Below are positions 16,254-16,727 of a stretch of DNA of 16,727 nt, one piece after another. The position numbers and the translations under genes were made by a program. The stretch covers positions 1 through 16,727 of IMG/VR virus record IMGVR_UViG_3300017696_000015. The stretch is one strand, 5' to 3'. Numbering within the stretch: the stretch's first letter is position 1; every line of letters starts with the position of its first letter. The notes below the pieces were generated by a model that made no database searches, was not told where the DNA came from, and saw only the letters and a list, made by a program, of their open reading frames with translations.

Positions 16254-16438
16254 TTTTTTTCCTCCTCCTAAAATATCATATCCCTTATGACAAATATAAA
16301 GCTTTTTTTATCTCTTTATCTACAATTTCTCTCTCCTTTGTATTTTTATCTGTAGAATGAGAAAAATTGTCCATAGTCTTGGCTAAACTGGAAAATAAAA
16401 AAAGAAAAATTGTGACTTTGCAGAATTAGAAGAAAAAA

Positions 16439-16615
16439 TCAACAATCGCTTAAATATTCTATAACTTTCTTTTTAGAAAGATGCAGAGCTTCCGCAATTT
16501 CTTCAATAGAATGACCGTCCTTATATGCCCTCTTGACAGCACTGATAACGTCGTCTCTATTTGCTATCCAGTACTGTGTTCTTCCAATTTTTACAATTCT
16601 TTTGGGATTGTACAT
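16439..16615 (-). CDS. HTH DNA-binding protein, SIRV gp1 (ORF56a/83a)-like, 58 aa (not in ORF track)
   Basis: MYNPKRIVKIGRTQYWIANRDDVISAVKRAYKDGHSIEEIAEALHLSKRKVIEYLSDC*, with HTH GxSIEEIAEALxLSxRKV and a GAGGAG SD. Confidence 0.85.
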   Translation of the reverse strand: MYNPKRIVKIGRTQYWIANRDDVISAVKRAYKDGHSIEEIAEALHLSKKKVIEYLSDC

Positions 16616-16650
16616 TTTTTTCTCCTCAATATCATTTATGTATCTTTTCC

Positions 16651-16679
16651 TTTATAAATTTTTCTTTATGCTTTTACAT
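16651..16679 (-). promoter_or_regulatory. Extended promoter copy 4
   Basis: ATGTAAAAGCATAAAGAAAAATTTATAAA, 36 nt upstream of ATG 16615. Confidence 0.72.
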
Positions 16680-16727
16680 CTCTATCTCTCGTTATTTTTA
16701 TCGTTATTGACGTTAATGAACAATTTA

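Overview
This is a very AT-rich segment of a linear dsDNA rudivirus genome (Rudiviridae, SIRV/ARV-like, infecting Sulfolobales). It carries the rudiviral core genes: the 134-aa major capsid protein, the ORF488-like structural protein, a GT4 glycosyltransferase, a GNAT acetyltransferase, dUTPase/dCTP deaminase, the SvtR repressor, the pyramid lysis protein PVAP, HUH Rep, and the SSB/ATPase/Cas4-like nuclease trio. It also carries a ThyX thymidylate synthase. The right end (about 13.5-16.7 kb) is a minus-strand accessory array with a clear AcrIIIB1 homolog, a gp1-like HTH gene and several small orphan genes. Four of these genes share an ungapped 29-bp extended promoter, which makes them candidate new anti-defence genes. 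Three more cis-element families are readable: TATA-TGTCAT promoters, a GAAAATTTATTA promoter shared by MCP and PVAP, and a 7-copy AATAT-N5-ATATT palindrome. Several small ORFs missing from the ORF track were translated by hand. Homology calls rest on motifs and on recalled reference proteins, not on database searches.
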